In this document: positions 41,453-44,857 of the stretch, piece after piece
Layout of the letters: each line of letters starts with the position of its first letter
Numbering within the stretch: position 1 is the stretch's first letter
Source: Limisphaerales bacterium
GTDB lineage: Bacteria > Verrucomicrobiota > Verrucomicrobiia > Limisphaerales > SIBE01
Assembly: GCA_044225505.1 (NCBI GenBank)
Contig: JBGAIN010000052.1
Span: forward strand, 1 to 44,857
Direction of reading: 5' to 3'
Length of the DNA: 44,857 nt
The notes under the pieces: generated by a model
What the model was told of the DNA's origin: nothing
What the model saw: the letters and a program-made list of their open reading frames with translations, nothing else
Databases searched by the model: none
Program-made: the position numbers and the translations under genes

Positions 41453-43519
41453 GAGCACCTCGTTGGTTGCTCGGCGCAGCGATGCTGTTTTGGGGCTGGC
41501 AGACGGAGTGGCTTTGGCTGGGAGCGTTAGCGGCTTTGCTGCTGGAGAGCCCGCACTGGGCGTCATCGCGGTGGGATCTAACTCAGGCCGATCTGGATCG
41601 GGTCTGGAACCTTTGCGTGGCTTTGTTTCTGGGAGCGACCGTCTACGTATTTCTATCGGGGGACAATCTCACCGCCGTCGGTGAGCTATTAAAGGACAAC
41701 TCGGCGTCGAGCCGTCTGGCGACGTTGAACCAGAGTAAACGGAACTTCTTCCAGTTGCTCCAGTGGCTGCCGCTCATGTTCCTGCCCATTGCGCTGGCGC
41801 AAGTCTACTCCGGGCAAGATCGATTTGCTCTTAGCACGTTTTCCTGGTGGCTGCGACGCCGGCGGGCCGACCGCGGGTTGGCGCTTCGTTATCCGGCTGG
41901 TCTGAATGTCAGCTATCCCTATTTTGCCTGCTGCCTGTTTTCGGCGAGCGCGGCCAACCAAAGGAGTTGGTGGTTTACCGCTGCCCTGGCGGGACTTTGC
42001 GCCTGGTCGCTCTGGCCGCACCGTTCCGAAAGCTTTCGGGCCCACGGTTGGATCGGGAGCTTGGTGCTGGCACTGGGCTTGGGCTTCGGCGTCCAATTGG
42101 GCTTGTTGGAAATGCAGAAGTTGATTCAGCGGTTGGATGAAGTTCTCCTGGCGAGGTGGGGAACGTCTCGTAACGCTGATCCCAAAGAGAATCAAACCCG
42201 TCTGGGCTCGATTGGTCGGCTCAAGCTGTCCGGTCGATTGGTCATGCGCGTCACGCCAGCGACTCCAGCCCCACCGGCGTTGTTGCGCGAGACTAGCTAT
42301 AGTCTGTTCCACACCCCCTATTGGACCGCGTCGAAACGGGTTTCGAACGAGTCACACTCCGGAGCTGAACCAGTCGAGTTGGATCCTTCAACCGTCGCGC
42401 GAAAAGCCAGCGAGCGCGCGAATTGCTGGTTATATGCCTGGGGGTAACGGGATTCTCGCTCTTCCAGGCGGAGTCGATCGCCTTGAACAGCTGCCGGCCA
42501 GTGGGGTGGCGACAAACCTCTTTGGCAGCGTTCGAGTGGAAGACGGGCCAGGGTTTGTGGAATTCGACGCGTCCTACCAGCCTCACAGCACCATCGACAG
42601 CCCCCCTACCGTGGAAGATACCGGAATTCCACCAGCGGAATTGGACACGGTGACTGGGGTGGCCCGGAGTTTGAACCTCGAAGGCTTGTCTCCGGAGTTG
42701 GCGGTTCGGACGTTGGAAGACTTCTTCCAAACGAATTTCACTTATTCAACCTGGCAAGGGTTCGCTCATCGAGGCCGTGCCGAACGGACGCCCCTCGCGC
42801 GATTCCTTTTGGAGAATCGGTCGGGGCACTGCGAATATTTCGCCACGGCTACGGTCTTGCTCCTGCGTGCAGCTCACATTCCAGCACGATACGCGACGGG
42901 CTATAGTGTCCAAGAACGAAGCGGCCGCCATTACCTCGTCCGCGAGCGCCATGCGCACGCTTGGTGTTTAGCCTGGATCCATGGTGCCTGGCGCGATGTC
43001 GACACCACTCCCAGCAGTTGGGGGGCCGCCGAGGCCAGTCGGGCGTCTCTCTGGGAGCCAGTTCGGGACATTTTCTCGCGGCTATGGTTCGAATTCTCCC
43101 GATGGCGTTGGGGACACGCGGATTGGAAACGATACTTGCTCTGGTTGCTCGTGCCGCTTCTTGCGCTGGTCGGCGGCCGCGTGCTCTTGCAGCGGCAATG
43201 GAATCGGACAAGTTCGGCTCGCGGATTGCGCAAAAGCCCCGCTTGCTGGCCGGGATTGGATTCCGAGTTTTACCAAATTGAGCAGAGACTCTCTGCCGAA
43301 GGGTTAGGGCGCAACCCAGGCGAGACCGGATTTGCCTGGTTGCAGCGCGTGGGGAGCAGGGGGGGAGAAACCCCAAATGAATTGGCAATGCTGCTCTCGC
43401 GCCACTACCAACTGCGCTTTAATCCCCGCGGGATCAGCGCGGTGGAACGGCAGCAACTTCGCGCCGAGGCCAAGACTTGGATGTCGCGGTCGAACGTAAG
43501 TGAGTCACGACAGCGGTAG
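41449..43519 (+). CDS. Membrane-anchored transglutaminase-like (TgpA-type) protein; apparent frameshift near 42335-42360
   Basis: Multi-TM N-terminal ORF 41449-42447 with ATGA coupling to the DUF58 gene. The second frame carries the Cys-His-Asp triad: GHCEYFA, HAHAW, DTTP. Confidence 0.88.
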
Positions 43520-43523
43520 ACCG

Positions 43524-44456
43524 CTAATCCTCGTCTTTACCGGGTTCCCGCAAGGCGCGGATTCGATCTCGAACCCATTCGTCGGTGAGACCTTTGTCTC
43601 GCGCAGCGCGAAAATCCCGCCGTGCATCGTCTCGTTTGCCGAGAAGGTCATAAGCGAGAGCGCGGTCCGCCAGCAGCAAGGCGTCTGTGTTACTTGAGCT
43701 GATGCGACTGTTTAACTCTTCGATGGCCGCGTTCAGATCGACTTTGGCATCGGCGCCATGCTCGGTCGCTTGGCGCACTTTGGCGCGGCGAATCAGCCAG
43801 GCGGCCCGCCATCGGGATTCGTTTAACTCCACTTCTATTTTCTCCAGGGCGGCTGCGTATTGTTGATTGTCGATCAGCGCGTCGACCCACTCGGCCAACA
43901 ACAGGCCACTGCCCGTTTCGCGCATGCCAGCTTCAATGCCGCTGACGCGTTCGGGTCGGAGCTTTAGGAGTGCCTGGAGTTGGCTTCGGATTAAGTACCA
44001 CTCGACATTACTTGGATACTTAGCGATGGCTTCGTTGGCATCGCTCAAGGCCTTCGTGAAATCGCGGCGTGCCCGAAGAATTTCGACGCGTACCATCAAA
44101 AGCGCGGCGCGATCTGGGGTGTCCGTTGACGCTCGCAGTGCGCGCGTCACGGTCGTCAGCGCTTCGTTTGTTTTTCCCAACGAGAAATAGGTCTGACTTA
44201 ATTCTCGTTGCGCTGGAAGCGACTCCGCATCGAAATCCAATGCTCGTTCCAGGTCTTTGGCCGCCTCCGCCAGTTTGCCAATGATTTTGTACTCGATAGC
44301 GCGCTGGATGAGAAGGTCGGGTGTCTGGCCTTGCACCTTCATCTGTTCGGTCAGTTCATCGATTTCGTGCTCTGGACCATCATGGGCATAAGCGGACAGG
44401 CTGAGTACCCCGCCACCGGCCAACGCCACGAGTAAGTATCTGAGAAAAGTGCGCAT
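43524..44456 (-). CDS. Secreted tetratricopeptide repeat protein
   Basis: Signal peptide ending AYA-HDG; repeated TPR helical patterns (AAKDLERALDFD, ALSDANEAIAKYP, DRALAYDLLGKRDDARRDF). Confidence 0.85.
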   Translation of the reverse strand: MRTFLRYLLVALAGGGVLSLSAYAHDGPEHEIDELTEQMKVQGQTPDLLIQRAIEYKIIGKLAEAAKDLERALDFDAESLPAQRELSQTYFSLGKTNEALTTVTRALRASTDTPDRAALLMVRVEILRARRDFTKALSDANEAIAKYPSNVEWYLIRSQLQALLKLRPERVSGIEAGMRETGSGLLLAEWVDALIDNQQYAAALEKIEVELNESRWRAAWLIRRAKVRQATEHGADAKVDLNAAIEELNSRISSSNTDALLLADRALAYDLLGKRDDARRDFRAARDKGLTDEWVRDRIRALREPGKDED

Positions 44457-44459
44457 GGA

Positions 44460-44857
44460 TTAGTCCTCGATGACCAACACGGGGTCGACGCAGAAATCGA
44501 GTGCATCCGCGTTAGCGTGCGCTTCGATCGCCAGGACGTTCCGATCGTTGCGCAAGTGCTGATGCGCATCCTTGAGAACCAGGTAGACCGGTCCTCGATC
44601 CGTTCGAGATTTGACGTTTTGCACTTGGCGTCCGCTGCTCCGGCCGATATTGACTCGGGCGACTTCTTGCCCGTTCAGATAAACGATCAAGCCATCGGAA
44701 TGATCCACGAGCAGTCCGAGCTCCGTGACCGCGTCGGCTTGTCGGATCTGAAATTCTTTGCGCATATACACGGCGGCTGGTTGACCAGTCACCTTTTCGA
44801 GTTTGGTGCGGACTGGGCGATCGCCAAAGCCGAAGCCTGCTTGGCCATTTTGCCAGC
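44460..44857 (-). CDS. 3' end of a gene (5' part outside the window) ending in a jelly-roll/galactose-binding-like domain
   Basis: The frame is open to the window edge: WQNGQAGFGFGD..YMRKEF..DG-x2-VYLNGQEVAR-x-N..NVLAIEAH. Its stop is 3 nt before the TPR gene start. Confidence 0.75.
   Translation of the reverse strand, partial: WQNGQAGFGFGDRPVRTKLEKVTGQPAAVYMRKEFQIRQADAVTELGLLVDHSDGLIVYLNGQEVARVNIGRSSGRQVQNVKSRTDRGPVYLVLKDAHQHLRNDRNVLAIEAHANADALDFCVDPVLVIED

Overview
A 44.9-kb GC-rich chromosomal segment of a bacterium, inferred to be Verrucomicrobiota (Pedosphaera/Limisphaera-like) from the protein repertoire. It carries about 28 genes. Housekeeping and metabolic genes are tlyA, acnA, a tryptophanase/tyrosine phenol-lyase family enzyme, ffh, valS, cimA, a MoxR-DUF58-transglutaminase triad, an aldo-keto reductase, a NUDIX hydrolase, an APC permease and a GH38. 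A block of secreted modular proteins lies at 14.4-23.5 kb. The best candidate for an undescribed system is a translationally coupled two-gene operon. The first gene encodes a 1512-aa secreted protein with an N-terminal dockerin, a HExxH module, Ca-binding repeats and four PPC-like repeats. The second encodes a single-cohesin protein ending in a conserved ~70-aa domain (..DLRTWT..RFYRA) also found on a neighbouring secreted protein. This suggests a non-cellulosomal cohesin-dockerin surface display system. Other notable items are a 298-bp non-autonomous IS4-like MITE with a 10-bp target duplication inserted into a palindrome, a 'tryptophanase' with tyrosine phenol-lyase specificity residues, an orphan DUF3445 protein behind a sigma54-type motif, and a CHASE3 sensor with no catalytic output. 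Several frameshifts and a 29-N gap indicate a locally error-prone assembly. No rRNA, tRNA or CRISPR array was recognised. All family assignments are from motif recognition by eye; no searches were run.
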